Source: Alphaproteobacteria bacterium (GTDB lineage: Bacteria > Pseudomonadota > Alphaproteobacteria > MPNO01 > UBA830). From it: DNA of 63,526 nucleotides. Position numbers and translations under genes: made by a program. Shown piece by piece: positions 19,077-28,055 of the stretch. The stretch spans positions 1 to 63,526 of the forward strand of contig JAYOEF010000003.1 in assembly GCA_038106605.1 (NCBI GenBank), in the 5' to 3' direction. Position 1 is the first letter of the stretch. Each line of letters opens with the position of its first letter. The notes beneath the pieces are model-generated. The model worked only from the letters and a program-made list of their open reading frames with translations. It had not been told where the DNA came from and ran no database searches.

Positions 19077-21079
19077 TCCCGCTCGCGCTCGCCGGCTGCT
19101 GGTTCGCGGTCGAGCTGGCGCCCTTCGTTCCCTCGCTCGATTTCCAGTTGTTCAAGGACAGCATCCGTCCACTGTGGCAATCGCCCGGCTTCGAGTTCAG
19201 CGGGTTCTTCCGCGCGTTCGTCGCCTGGATGGTGGTCGCCTGGCTCGCCGCATCCTTCGTGTCGCGAGGCTCGCTGCCGTTCCTGCTCGCTGTCGCCATG
19301 GCGGGCGTGGTCGCCGCCAAGATCGTCATCGTCAACAACGTCGTCACGCTGACCGACGTCGCCGCGCTCGCCGCCGGCTATGTCGGCGCGCTGGCGATGG
19401 CGGGCCGCGGCGACCGCCAGGCCGGCATCCTCCTACGGCTGCTCGCGGCGAGCATTGCGATCTCCGCTTTCGCGCCGTTCACGCTGACGGAGACGCAGAC
19501 GTTCCACTGGGTGCCGTTCGCGGGATCTCTCGGCGGTTCGATGCTGATCAACGCGAAGGTGATCGCGGGCAAGATCTTCGCGGTGGGATCGATCTACTTC
19601 CTCGCGATGCACAGCGGCGTCCCGATCCGCCGCGCGATGGTTCCGGTCGCCGCCGCATTACTCGCGATCGAGATCGCGCAGGTCTGGGTCGGCGGGCACA
19701 CCGCCGAGATCACCGACCCGATCCTCGCCCTCGTCGTCGGCTACGTCTTTTCCGCGCTCGACAAACGCGACGCGGCGCAGCGGCCGGGGCAGACCGTGGC
19801 GGCCGAAGCGATGCAGGCCGTCCGTGCGGACGACGCGCGCGGATACGGAGCAGAGCGCCGGGAAGCGCCGGCATCCGGATACCCGACGGAGGACCGGCCG
19901 GAAGACGGGACGGAAGATGGGGAGAAAGACCGGGAGGAAGACTGGCGTGACGGCCGGGGCTCGCCGCTCGACCGCGACCTGCTGGTGCCCGGCCGGCGGG
20001 GCACGATCGCGCTGGTCCTCGCCTGCTCCGTCATCGCGTACGCGATGAGTGCGGCCCTCGGGCTCCCCGGCGTTCCCTACAATTTGCGCGAGCTGTTCGG
20101 CGGATCGAACGCGTGGTGGCGGCTCTTCTTCTTCGCGGCCGCGATCTTCTCGTTCGGCATCGGCGGCACAATGGCGGGCCACCGGACGGCGCGGAGCGGC
20201 GCGCCTTGGACGAGCCTGCCGGTGTCCGCGACCCTCGCCTGCTTCGCCACTTACCTCCTACTGTCGGTCTGCGTCACCTCGGAGAGCATGGACGACATCA
20301 CCGGCTCGTCGAACACCTGGTACTACGTCACCGAGCGGAACCTGTGGGGCGAGACCGTGGCGTCGCTGTTCCGCACCGTCCTGTGGGAAGGGATCGTGGC
20401 CGCGGTCGAGCGCGTCGTCCGCTTCGTCGCGCTGCTCGGCCCGCTTTTCCTGTGGACCGCCGTCGTCACCGGCGTCTATTTCCGCACCACGGATCCCGAC
20501 CTGCCGTCCGCCGGCGCCCGGGTCCGGACCTTCCTCGCCTGCGGCGCGGGCTACGTGCTCTGCGCGCTGCCCTGGCTCTACGTGTTCCCGATCATCGCCT
20601 TCAATCACTCCTCGACCGATAACCTCAACGAGCTGATCCAGGACAACGGCGCGTGGCTCTATCCGCTCCTGATCCTGTTCCCGCTCAACATGGTGGCGGT
20701 GGCCCATGCCACATCGGTGAGAGGCGGCCGCGCCGTGGTCCGGGCACTTTTCTTCGTCGCCGTGTCGCTCCCCGTGGGCTGGTACCTGTTCCGCAGCGGG
20801 CTCTCCGCGCCGGTCGAGAAATACGGCCTCAAGTTCACCGGCGCCGATTTCCTCCTCGGACCCGACCGGAAGGAGCTGCTGCCGGGCTGGGTCCTGGTCA
20901 TGCGCTACACGGCACTTCAGCTCGGCGCCGTCGCCGCGCTGGCGTTCGGGATGCGGGTCCTGCTGACCCGGCGGACGCACGCCGCGCGCGAGGATATGGC
21001 CGTGGATTCGACAGCGGATTCTACAGGGCTCGACGGGGGATTTGACAACCGAGGTATAAGCCGCGATCATCGGAAATAG
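19073..21079 (+). CDS. large polytopic membrane protein: N-terminal VanZ-like half, acidic linker, C-terminal multi-TM domain of unknown function
   Basis: 668 aa from the ATG at 19073. It contains HWVPFAGSLGG ... EIAQVWVGGHTAEITDPILALVGY (VanZ-like), a low-complexity linker PEDGTEDGEKDREEDWRDGRG, then about 8-9 hydrophobic helices. Confidence 0.6.
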   Translation: MIPLALAGCWFAVELAPFVPSLDFQLFKDSIRPLWQSPGFEFSGFFRAFVAWMVVAWLAASFVSRGSLPFLLAVAMAGVVAAKIVIVNNVVTLTDVAALAAGYVGALAMAGRGDRQAGILLRLLAASIAISAFAPFTLTETQTFHWVPFAGSLGGSMLINAKVIAGKIFAVGSIYFLAMHSGVPIRRAMVPVAAALLAIEIAQVWVGGHTAEITDPILALVVGYVFSALDKRDAAQRPGQTVAAEAMQAVRADDARGYGAERREAPASGYPTEDRPEDGTEDGEKDREEDWRDGRGSPLDRDLLVPGRRGTIALVLACSVIAYAMSAALGLPGVPYNLRELFGGSNAWWRLFFFAAAIFSFGIGGTMAGHRTARSGAPWTSLPVSATLACFATYLLLSVCVTSESMDDITGSSNTWYYVTERNLWGETVASLFRTVLWEGIVAAVERVVRFVALLGPLFLWTAVVTGVYFRTTDPDLPSAGARVRTFLACGAGYVLCALPWLYVFPIIAFNHSSTDNLNELIQDNGAWLYPLLILFPLNMVAVAHATSVRGGRAVVRALFFVAVSLPVGWYLFRSGLSAPVEKYGLKFTGADFLLGPDRKELLPGWVLVMRYTALQLGAVAALAFGMRVLLTRRTHAAREDMAVDSTADSTGLDGGFDNRGISRDHRK

Positions 21080-21109
21080 GATCAATTGATACTTATAAAC
21101 GAGTTCCCG

Positions 21110-21640
21110 ATGGACAGGCAGCGCATCAGTTACGTCGATCCCGACACGCTCGAAGACCCGGCGATGCGGGCCGAGATGGAGCGCTGCCGCACGCGCGGCA
21201 CGCCGCGCCCCGAGAGCCAGGCGACCCGCGCCCACGTGCCGGCCGCCTTCTGGTCCTTCGCCAACACCTGGCAGACGGTGTTCCACGAGGGCGTCGCGGA
21301 CCATACGATCAAGGAGCTTTGCCGCGTCTACGTCTCGCATTCGGTGAAATGCGAATTCTGCGGCAACCAGCGGTCGATCCAGTCGGCGAAAAAGGGACTC
21401 GTCGAGGACGACTATCTCGACCTGCTGAACTTCGAGAAGTCGTCGCGCTACGACGCGCGCCAGAAAGCGGCGCTGCGCTACACCGAGGCCATCGTCTGGG
21501 ACCTCGCGTGCGACGATGCGTTGTGGGACGCGCTTTACGCGCACTACTCGGAAGCAGAGATCGTCGAGATCGGATACTTCGTGGCGATCACGATGGGCCA
21601 GCAGCGCTGGCTGCGCACCCTCAACATCGACCATCACTAG
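21110..21640 (+). CDS. carboxymuconolactone decarboxylase (AhpD-like) family protein
   Basis: The SVKCEFCGNQR CxxC-type motif and a helical CMD-like sequence. It ends at TAG 21638-21640, but the frame stays open for 44 more codons. Confidence 0.7.
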   Translation: MDRQRISYVDPDTLEDPAMRAEMERCRTRGTPRPESQATRAHVPAAFWSFANTWQTVFHEGVADHTIKELCRVYVSHSVKCEFCGNQRSIQSAKKGLVEDDYLDLLNFEKSSRYDARQKAALRYTEAIVWDLACDDALWDALYAHYSEAEIVEIGYFVAITMGQQRWLRTLNIDHH

Positions 21641-21872
21641 GTGCTTCCCGGCACGGGAGCGTCGATGGCGCCCGGCACCGAGACGCCCGAGGCGTGGGAG
21701 GCCTTCAAGTCCTCGCCGGACTACTGGGCGAAGCGGGGCGGTTCCCGGCCCGGCGCGGGAGGGGCGGCCGAGTAGGAACGGGCGGATTTCGCGTTAACCG
21801 CCTTCCTGTTCTCTGTTATTGTTTCCAAAACGCCGAAAAGGCGTTGCGACAAGAAATGACAGGGAGCGAACC

Positions 21873-22880
21873 ATGAACAAGCGGACTCTATCTGCCGCTG
21901 CATTCGCGGCGACGATCGCCTTCATTGCGTCGACGGCCGGGACTGCGGAGGCTGCGCTCAAACGCATCACCATCGGCACCAACCCCCAGGGATCGACCTA
22001 TTTCCTGATCGGCAGCGGCCTCGCCAAGCTGTTCCAGGAAAAGCTCGATATCAAATCCACCGCGCAGCCGCACGCCGGCTCGTCTGTCTACCTGCCGCTG
22101 ATGGAGGCGGGCGAGATCACGCTCGGCCTCAACTCGTCGCTCGATTCGGGCCTCGCGTTCAACGGCATCGCTCCCTACAAGGACGCGACCAAGAGCGTGC
22201 GTTCGATCGCACGCATCTGGATCCTTCCCTACGCCTATTTCGTGAAGGAGAATTCGGGGATCAAGACGGTCGCCGACCTCAAGGGCAAACGCGTCGTCGT
22301 CGATTTCAAGACCAACGTCTCGCTCGGCCAGGCCAACAGGACGATTCTGAGCACCGCGGGCCTGAAGGACAGCGACGTCACGGCCATCGATTCGGGCGGC
22401 GTCGTCGCCAGCATCAACATGGTGATCGAGGACCGCGTCGACGCGGCGCCCGTCGCCATCGCCATGCCGGCGATGCGCAAGGCGCACGCGACGGTGCCCG
22501 ACGGGCTCCGCATCCTCTCGCTCGGCCCCGCCGCGAACGACGACTTCATGAACAAGGGCATGGCCGGCCTCTACACCTATCAGGCGCGCAACACGAAGAC
22601 CCTGCCGTTCGTCCGCGAGAACACGCTGATCGCCGCGTTCGACACGTACCTCAACGCCGGAACCTCCGTGTCCGACGAGGATGCCTACGCCCTCGCCAAG
22701 ACGATGCACGGCAACTGGGCGCAGCTCCAGAAGGACTACCCGCCGCTGCGCGCGACCAAGATCGAGGCGCTGACGCCGAAGAACAATCCGATCCCCTACC
22801 ATCCGGGGGCGGTGAAGTACTGGAAGGAAGCCGGTCTCTTTACGGCCGAGAACGAAAAGCACGACGCCGCCCTCAAATAA
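21873..22880 (+). CDS. TAXI-family TRAP transporter solute-binding protein
   Basis: Signal peptide, then ITIGTNPQGSTYFLIGSGLAKL and the C-terminal PYHPGAVKYWKE motif, both characteristic of TAXI receptors. Confidence 0.85.
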   Translation: MNKRTLSAAAFAATIAFIASTAGTAEAALKRITIGTNPQGSTYFLIGSGLAKLFQEKLDIKSTAQPHAGSSVYLPLMEAGEITLGLNSSLDSGLAFNGIAPYKDATKSVRSIARIWILPYAYFVKENSGIKTVADLKGKRVVVDFKTNVSLGQANRTILSTAGLKDSDVTAIDSGGVVASINMVIEDRVDAAPVAIAMPAMRKAHATVPDGLRILSLGPAANDDFMNKGMAGLYTYQARNTKTLPFVRENTLIAAFDTYLNAGTSVSDEDAYALAKTMHGNWAQLQKDYPPLRATKIEALTPKNNPIPYHPGAVKYWKEAGLFTAENEKHDAALK

Positions 22881-22938
22881 CCGTACGCGCGCCGCGACAG
22901 GCGCGCGTCATGAAAGCAGACAGGCAGGAGAAGACCCG

Positions 22939-24828
22939 ATGCTGAAGTTTAACGGGGGACTGCTCAAGTTGTTCCTCGCGCTCATTCCCATCATCGGGGT
23001 TGGCTGGATCTTTTCCGTCACGGATTACTTCGGGGTCGCGCTCACGTTCCAGCAGATCGTGGGCGGCATCCTCGGTCTCGCCGTGGCGGCAGCCGTGCTC
23101 AAGTACCCCTACGGCAAGACGCCGGGGGCACTTGAGCTTCTCCTCGCCTTCGCCGGCCTGCTCTCGTGGCTGTGGATGGCCTACAATTTCGAGGACTGGA
23201 TCGTCACCGCCCACGAACGCACGCCGGAGAAATGGATCCCCGGCGCAATCGCCCTGATCCTGATGCTCGAAGGCCTGCGAAAGTCCGCGGGCAAGATCAT
23301 CGCCGGCCTCGTCTGGGTGCTGATCCTCTACGCCTTCTTCGGCGATCTGCTGCCGGGGGCGCTCGAGGCCGAAGTGTTCCCGCCGTCGAAGACCGTCCTC
23401 TATCTCTATTCCGACAACAACGGCGTGCCCGGCATCGTCCTCCAGGTCGTGGTCAACCTCGTCCTCGCCTTCATAATCTTCGGCAAGCTGATGGAAGTGA
23501 GTGGCGGCACCGCGTTCCTCACCGACCTCGCCATGGGCTGGATGGGCGACCGGCGCGGCGGACCGGCGAAGGTCGCGGTCGTGGCCTCGAGCGCCTTCGG
23601 CACAATCTCGGGCTCGACCGTCGGCAACATCATGTCGACGGGTATCGTCACCATCCCGCTGATGAAAAAAACGGGCTTCAAGCCAGAATACGCGGGGGCC
23701 ATCGAGGCGGTCGCCTCGAACGGCGGTCAGATCGCACCGCCGGTGATGGGCGCGACCGCGTTCATCATCGCGGAGTTCCTGGAGATTCCCTACCAGGAAG
23801 TCGTCATCGCCGCGGCGATCCCGGCGATCCTCTACTACGTCGTCCTGTTCCTGCAGGTCGACGCGGTGGCGCGGCGCTACGGCCTGCGCGGCCTGCCGAA
23901 GGCCGAGCTGCCCAAGGTGATGAAGACGCTCAAGACAGGATGGATCTTCGCCTTCCCGCTGATCATCCTGCTCTACATCCTGTTCTGGCTCGGTTACCAG
24001 CCGGGTCTCGCGGCGCTCTATTCGGCGGCGAGCCTGATCGTGCTGATGGTCCTAAGGGACCGACGCCTTCCGAGCCTCGATCACTGGAAGAACTTCATCT
24101 TCGGCAGCGGCGAGATCCTGATCCCGCTGATGCTGATCGCCGGCGCCGCGGGCATCATCCTCGGCGTGCTGAACTCGACCGGCCTCGCCTTCCAGCTCAG
24201 CCTGATCCTGACCCATCTCGGCGAGAACTACGGCATCATGGCGATGCTGCTGCTGACCGCGCTGATCTGCATCATCCTCGGCATGGGCATGCCGACGGCG
24301 ACGGTCTACATCGTCCTCGTCTCGGTGATCGGACCGGCGCTCGTGAAGATGGGCATGGTGCCGCTCGGGGCGCACCTGTTCCTCTTCTATTTCGGGCTGA
24401 TCAGCATGCTGACGCCGCCGGTCGCCATCGCCTCGATGGTCGCCGCCGAGATGGCCGGCGCGAACATGTGGAAGACCGGCTTTGTCGGCATGCAGCTCGC
24501 GGCGACCTCCTACCTGCTGCCCTTCCTGTGGGCCTACAACCCGGCCGTCATCCTCGAGGGGACTACGGTCGCGATCGTCTACGTGCTGCTGACTTCGCTG
24601 TCGGCCGGCCTGCTGCTCGCCCATTCCGTCACCGTGCTCGGCATCGGCAACATGGCGGGGTGGATCCGCGCGATCGGCATGTACGCGCTCTGCCTCATCG
24701 TCGGATCGTCGACGGTCTGGCTCGGGCCGGAGAACCCAATGACGCTGGTCATGGCGGCCGTCGGTTTCGGGATCGTCTTCTTCGTCACGCGGACGGTGCG
24801 CCAGATGCTGCCGACGCCCGCGGAATAG
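22939..24828 (+). CDS. TRAP transporter fused permease (TAXI-associated 4TM/12TM)
   Basis: 629-aa highly hydrophobic protein directly downstream of the TAXI receptor. Confidence 0.85.
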   Translation: MLKFNGGLLKLFLALIPIIGVGWIFSVTDYFGVALTFQQIVGGILGLAVAAAVLKYPYGKTPGALELLLAFAGLLSWLWMAYNFEDWIVTAHERTPEKWIPGAIALILMLEGLRKSAGKIIAGLVWVLILYAFFGDLLPGALEAEVFPPSKTVLYLYSDNNGVPGIVLQVVVNLVLAFIIFGKLMEVSGGTAFLTDLAMGWMGDRRGGPAKVAVVASSAFGTISGSTVGNIMSTGIVTIPLMKKTGFKPEYAGAIEAVASNGGQIAPPVMGATAFIIAEFLEIPYQEVVIAAAIPAILYYVVLFLQVDAVARRYGLRGLPKAELPKVMKTLKTGWIFAFPLIILLYILFWLGYQPGLAALYSAASLIVLMVLRDRRLPSLDHWKNFIFGSGEILIPLMLIAGAAGIILGVLNSTGLAFQLSLILTHLGENYGIMAMLLLTALICIILGMGMPTATVYIVLVSVIGPALVKMGMVPLGAHLFLFYFGLISMLTPPVAIASMVAAEMAGANMWKTGFVGMQLAATSYLLPFLWAYNPAVILEGTTVAIVYVLLTSLSAGLLLAHSVTVLGIGNMAGWIRAIGMYALCLIVGSSTVWLGPENPMTLVMAAVGFGIVFFVTRTVRQMLPTPAE

Positions 24829-24902
24829 GCGATCCGCGGCACACCTGAACGGACCCCGCCGCCGCCCTTGCCTCGCACAGGCGGCGGCGCCACATTCGGG
24901 CC

Positions 24903-25592
24903 ATGACCGCACCCTCTCTCAACGCCGATCTCCGCAGCCGCGCCGTCGTCGAAGCCGCCGCGCTCGACTGGCAGCCGAGCCCGTCGCCCACCGTCTGGCG
25001 CAAGCGCCTCTATCTCGACGGGCCGAAGGAGGCTGGCCGCGTGACCTCGATCGTGCGCTATAACGCCGGCAGCGCGTTCCCGTCCCATTCCCATCCCGAC
25101 GGCGAGGAGATCCTCGTCCTCGACGGCATCTTCTCGGACGAGCACGGCGACTATCCCGCGGGCACCTACCTCCTCAATCCCGACGGCACGTCGCACGCGC
25201 CGTCGTCCGCAGACGGCTGCATCCTGTTCGTGAAGCTGCGCCAGTACGCCGGCGCGGGCCGCGCGCAGCTGCGGATGAACTCCAACGCGCTGCAGTGGCA
25301 GCCGCGCGGAAGACCCGGCGTCTGGCACAAGCCGCTCTACCGCCAGGGCGGCTACCGCGAATGGACGGCTCTGCTGCGCTTCGACGCGGGTGCGGAAACG
25401 CCCTATCATGACCATCCCGAGGGCGAGGAGATGTACGTGATCGAGGGCAGCGTAGAAGACGAGGACGGAGTCTATCCGGCGGGCACGTGGCTGCGCTCGC
25501 CGCCGGGCTCAGAGCACCGGCTGAGCTCGCCCGACGGCGCGACGGTCTATCTCCGCTTCGGCGGGATCGAAATCGCGGAGGCCGCATCGTGA
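24903..25592 (+). CDS. bicupin protein (two ChrR-type cupin repeats)
   Basis: Duplicated repeat: FPSHSHPDGEEILVLDGIFSDEHGDYPAGTY and YHDHPEGEEMYVIEGSVEDEDGVYPAGTW. Confidence 0.75.
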   Translation: MTAPSLNADLRSRAVVEAAALDWQPSPSPTVWRKRLYLDGPKEAGRVTSIVRYNAGSAFPSHSHPDGEEILVLDGIFSDEHGDYPAGTYLLNPDGTSHAPSSADGCILFVKLRQYAGAGRAQLRMNSNALQWQPRGRPGVWHKPLYRQGGYREWTALLRFDAGAETPYHDHPEGEEMYVIEGSVEDEDGVYPAGTWLRSPPGSEHRLSSPDGATVYLRFGGIEIAEAAS

Positions 25593-25954
25593 GCCCGCGC
25601 GTCATCCGCCACGACGACGTGCCGGAGGAAACGTTCCCGGGCGGCGCCACCTACCGCACCATCGTCGGCGACGAGGCGGGCTCGACGCCCGTCCGCTGCG
25701 GCATCCAGACCTCGCCGCCGGGCTACGCCACGCCGAACCACTCGCATCCCTACGACGAAGTGGTCACGGTGCTGGAGGGTCGCGGCGAAGCCTGGTTCGA
25801 GGGAACCGACACGCCCGTCGAGATGCTTCCCGGCACCACGATCCTGTTCCCGGCGAACACGGTCCACGGCTTCCGCACGGTGGGCGACGCGCCGCTCCGC
25901 ACCTACGGCATTCACGCCTCGCCGGAACGTATCGTGGAGATCCACGAAACCTGA
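25589..25954 (+). CDS. cupin domain protein
   Basis: The GTG start overlaps the previous stop (GTGA). It contains NHSHPYDEVVTVLEGRG ... PANTVHGF. Confidence 0.7.
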   Translation: MSPRVIRHDDVPEETFPGGATYRTIVGDEAGSTPVRCGIQTSPPGYATPNHSHPYDEVVTVLEGRGEAWFEGTDTPVEMLPGTTILFPANTVHGFRTVGDAPLRTYGIHASPERIVEIHET

Positions 25955-26533
25955 TCAGTCCGCCATCACATCGGACACCTTCACCGCTTCTCCGACGCGG
26001 TGCAGCGGGCGCCCGGAATCGGTAATCGCGACGACGACGACGATCTCGTCGGCGCGCGGCGCATCGGGCAGCGAGACCTCCATCGCGTCGAAATGCGAGA
26101 AGGTCCAGATGTCCTCCTTGTGGTGGAGCGGACAGTCGATGGCGGTTCCAGGGCCTCCGATCTTCTTCGCCGACGGAATGATTGACGGCGCCGGCCCGAC
26201 CGCAGCGCGGAGCGGCTTTCCTAGCGTCGGGTGCATCACCGCGGCCGCATGCTCCTTCTCGCCGAGTTCGCCGACGATGGCGGCCTTGCCGAAGCTCTGC
26301 ACGCCGTCCGCGCCGATGCCGAGCGCCGCCATCGCCCTGCGTCCGAGAAGGTCGCCGAGCTCGGCGCCGGCCGCTTCGAGCAGCGGCAGCTCCTTCGAGA
26401 AGCGCCCCGCATAGGGATTCTTGATGACCGCGATCGCCGCGCACTGGCGCGTCGGCGGATCGACCGGCACGCCGATCTCGGTGCGGGTCTCCTCGACCAC
26501 GGTGACGATCTTGCGGATCGATATGTCGGACAT
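25955..26533 (-). CDS. amino-acid-synthesis family protein (DUF1185-like)
   Basis: MSDISIRKIVTVVEETRTEIG ... AAIAVIKNPYAGRF ... FGKAAIVGELGEKEHAAA. Confidence 0.65.
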   Translation of the reverse strand: MSDISIRKIVTVVEETRTEIGVPVDPPTRQCAAIAVIKNPYAGRFSKELPLLEAAGAELGDLLGRRAMAALGIGADGVQSFGKAAIVGELGEKEHAAAVMHPTLGKPLRAAVGPAPSIIPSAKKIGGPGTAIDCPLHHKEDIWTFSHFDAMEVSLPDAPRADEIVVVVAITDSGRPLHRVGEAVKVSDVMAD

Positions 26534-26631
26534 GCGTGACCCCCGCTGTTGGCGCCGTTCCGGCGAGTATGACATGATCGGGCCCGTCGGCGTAACGCGG
26601 CTTCGACCGCCACCCGACCGGAGGAAACACC

Positions 26632-27117
26632 GTGACCGAAGCCGCCCCGCCTGCCGCCCCGACTGCCCTGGCCGCGCTCGACCTGACCGCGGAGGAGCGC
26701 AACGTCTACCCGCCGCCCTACGACCACGCCTGCGACGGCCGCTTCCGCCGCGTCCTCGGCGAGCGGTTCGGGCTGACGCATTTCGGCGTCAACCTGACCG
26801 AGCTGCGCCCGGGTGCAGCCTCGTCGCTGCGCCACTGGCACGGCGCGGAGGACGAGTTCGTCTACGTCCTCGAAGGCACGCCGACGCTGGTGACCGACAC
26901 AGGCGAGACGGTGCTCGCGCCCGGCATGTGCGCCGGGTTCCGGGCCGGCTCGGGCGACGGTCACCGGCTGGAGAACCGGTCGGCCGCCATCGTCCGCTAT
27001 CTCGAGATCGGCAACCGCTCGGCGGCAGAGACGGTCGAATATCCCGATGCCGATCTCCGGCTCGAGAAAGGCCCCGGCGGGCGGAAATTCCTCCACCGGG
27101 ACGGAACGCCTTATTGA
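26632..27117 (+). CDS. cupin domain protein
   Basis: GTG start preceded by a GGAGGA RBS. It contains LRHWHGAEDEFVYVLEGTPTL ... GDGHRLEN. Confidence 0.7.
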   Translation: MTEAAPPAAPTALAALDLTAEERNVYPPPYDHACDGRFRRVLGERFGLTHFGVNLTELRPGAASSLRHWHGAEDEFVYVLEGTPTLVTDTGETVLAPGMCAGFRAGSGDGHRLENRSAAIVRYLEIGNRSAAETVEYPDADLRLEKGPGGRKFLHRDGTPY

Positions 27118-28055
27118 TCTCTCCCCTCGCGTCCGCGCTGGCGTACGCGGCGCGCCACGGCACCTGGGTGATGGCGGGCGGGCTCGTGGCCGGTTTCGCG
27201 GTCCCGCCGCTTGCCGCCGCGCTGAGGCCGTGGCTGCTCGAGACCATCGTCGTCATCCTCGCGGTCGCGATGCTCCGCCTCGACGTCGCGCGCATCCGCG
27301 CCTTCTCGCGGCGGCCGCTGACGATCTGCGCGATCGTCGCCGTCAATCTCGTCGCCTCGCCGTTGGCCGTATGGGCCCTGCTCCAGGCGATCCCCGCGCC
27401 GGTCCCGATCTTCCAGGGCATCGTGCTGATGGCGGCGGCACCGATGGTGACGTCTGCCATCGCCATCGCGGCGATCCTCGGCCTCGATTCCGCGCTCGCG
27501 GTCTGCGTCCTCGTCGCGAGCTACGCGGTCGTGCCCGTCACCCTGCCGGCGTTGTCGCTCTGGCTCATCGGCCTCGACCTCGGGGTGGGCTTCGCGGAGC
27601 TGTTCACCCGGCTGTTCTCGACCATTGCGCTTCCGGCGGCGATCGCGTTCGTCCTGCGGCGCTGGACCCTGCCGCCCGGATCGATTGCGCGCCACGGACG
27701 CGCGCTGGACGGCATCGGCATCGTCGCGATCGCGCTGTTCTGCATCGGCATCATGGCCGGGCTTCGCGACTTCGTCGTCGAGCGGCCTGACGCGGCGATC
27801 GCGACGCTCGGTGCCGCGATCGCGGCAAATGTCGGCCTGCAGGCGTTCGGGGCGCTCGCCTTCCTCGGTCTCGGCCGGCGCGAGGCGCTCACCGTCGGCC
27901 TCGTCACGGGGAACAGCAATCTCGGGCTGATCATAGTCACCCTCGGCGACCGGGCGTCGCCCGAGCTCCTCGCCTTTTTCGTCCTCGGACAGGTGCCGAT
28001 GTATTTCCTGCCCGTGTTCGCGCTGCCGGTCTACCGCAGGCTGCTGCCGCCATGA
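27114..28055 (+). CDS. BASS/SBF-like (bile acid:Na+ symporter family-like) membrane transporter
   Basis: About 313-aa polytopic protein with MAAAPMVTSAIAIA and LVTGNSNLGLIIV motifs. The putative TTG start overlaps the upstream stop (TTGA). Confidence 0.55.
   Translation: MISPLASALAYAARHGTWVMAGGLVAGFAVPPLAAALRPWLLETIVVILAVAMLRLDVARIRAFSRRPLTICAIVAVNLVASPLAVWALLQAIPAPVPIFQGIVLMAAAPMVTSAIAIAAILGLDSALAVCVLVASYAVVPVTLPALSLWLIGLDLGVGFAELFTRLFSTIALPAAIAFVLRRWTLPPGSIARHGRALDGIGIVAIALFCIGIMAGLRDFVVERPDAAIATLGAAIAANVGLQAFGALAFLGLGRREALTVGLVTGNSNLGLIIVTLGDRASPELLAFFVLGQVPMYFLPVFALPVYRRLLPP

Noticed and set aside
18714-21079. The VanZ gene and the following 668-aa gene might be a single frameshifted gene.
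   Set aside because: The ATGA stop/start overlap is the same coupling signature seen at several other gene pairs in this window, and both ORFs are individually plausible. I kept them as two genes and noted the alternative in the relevant finding.
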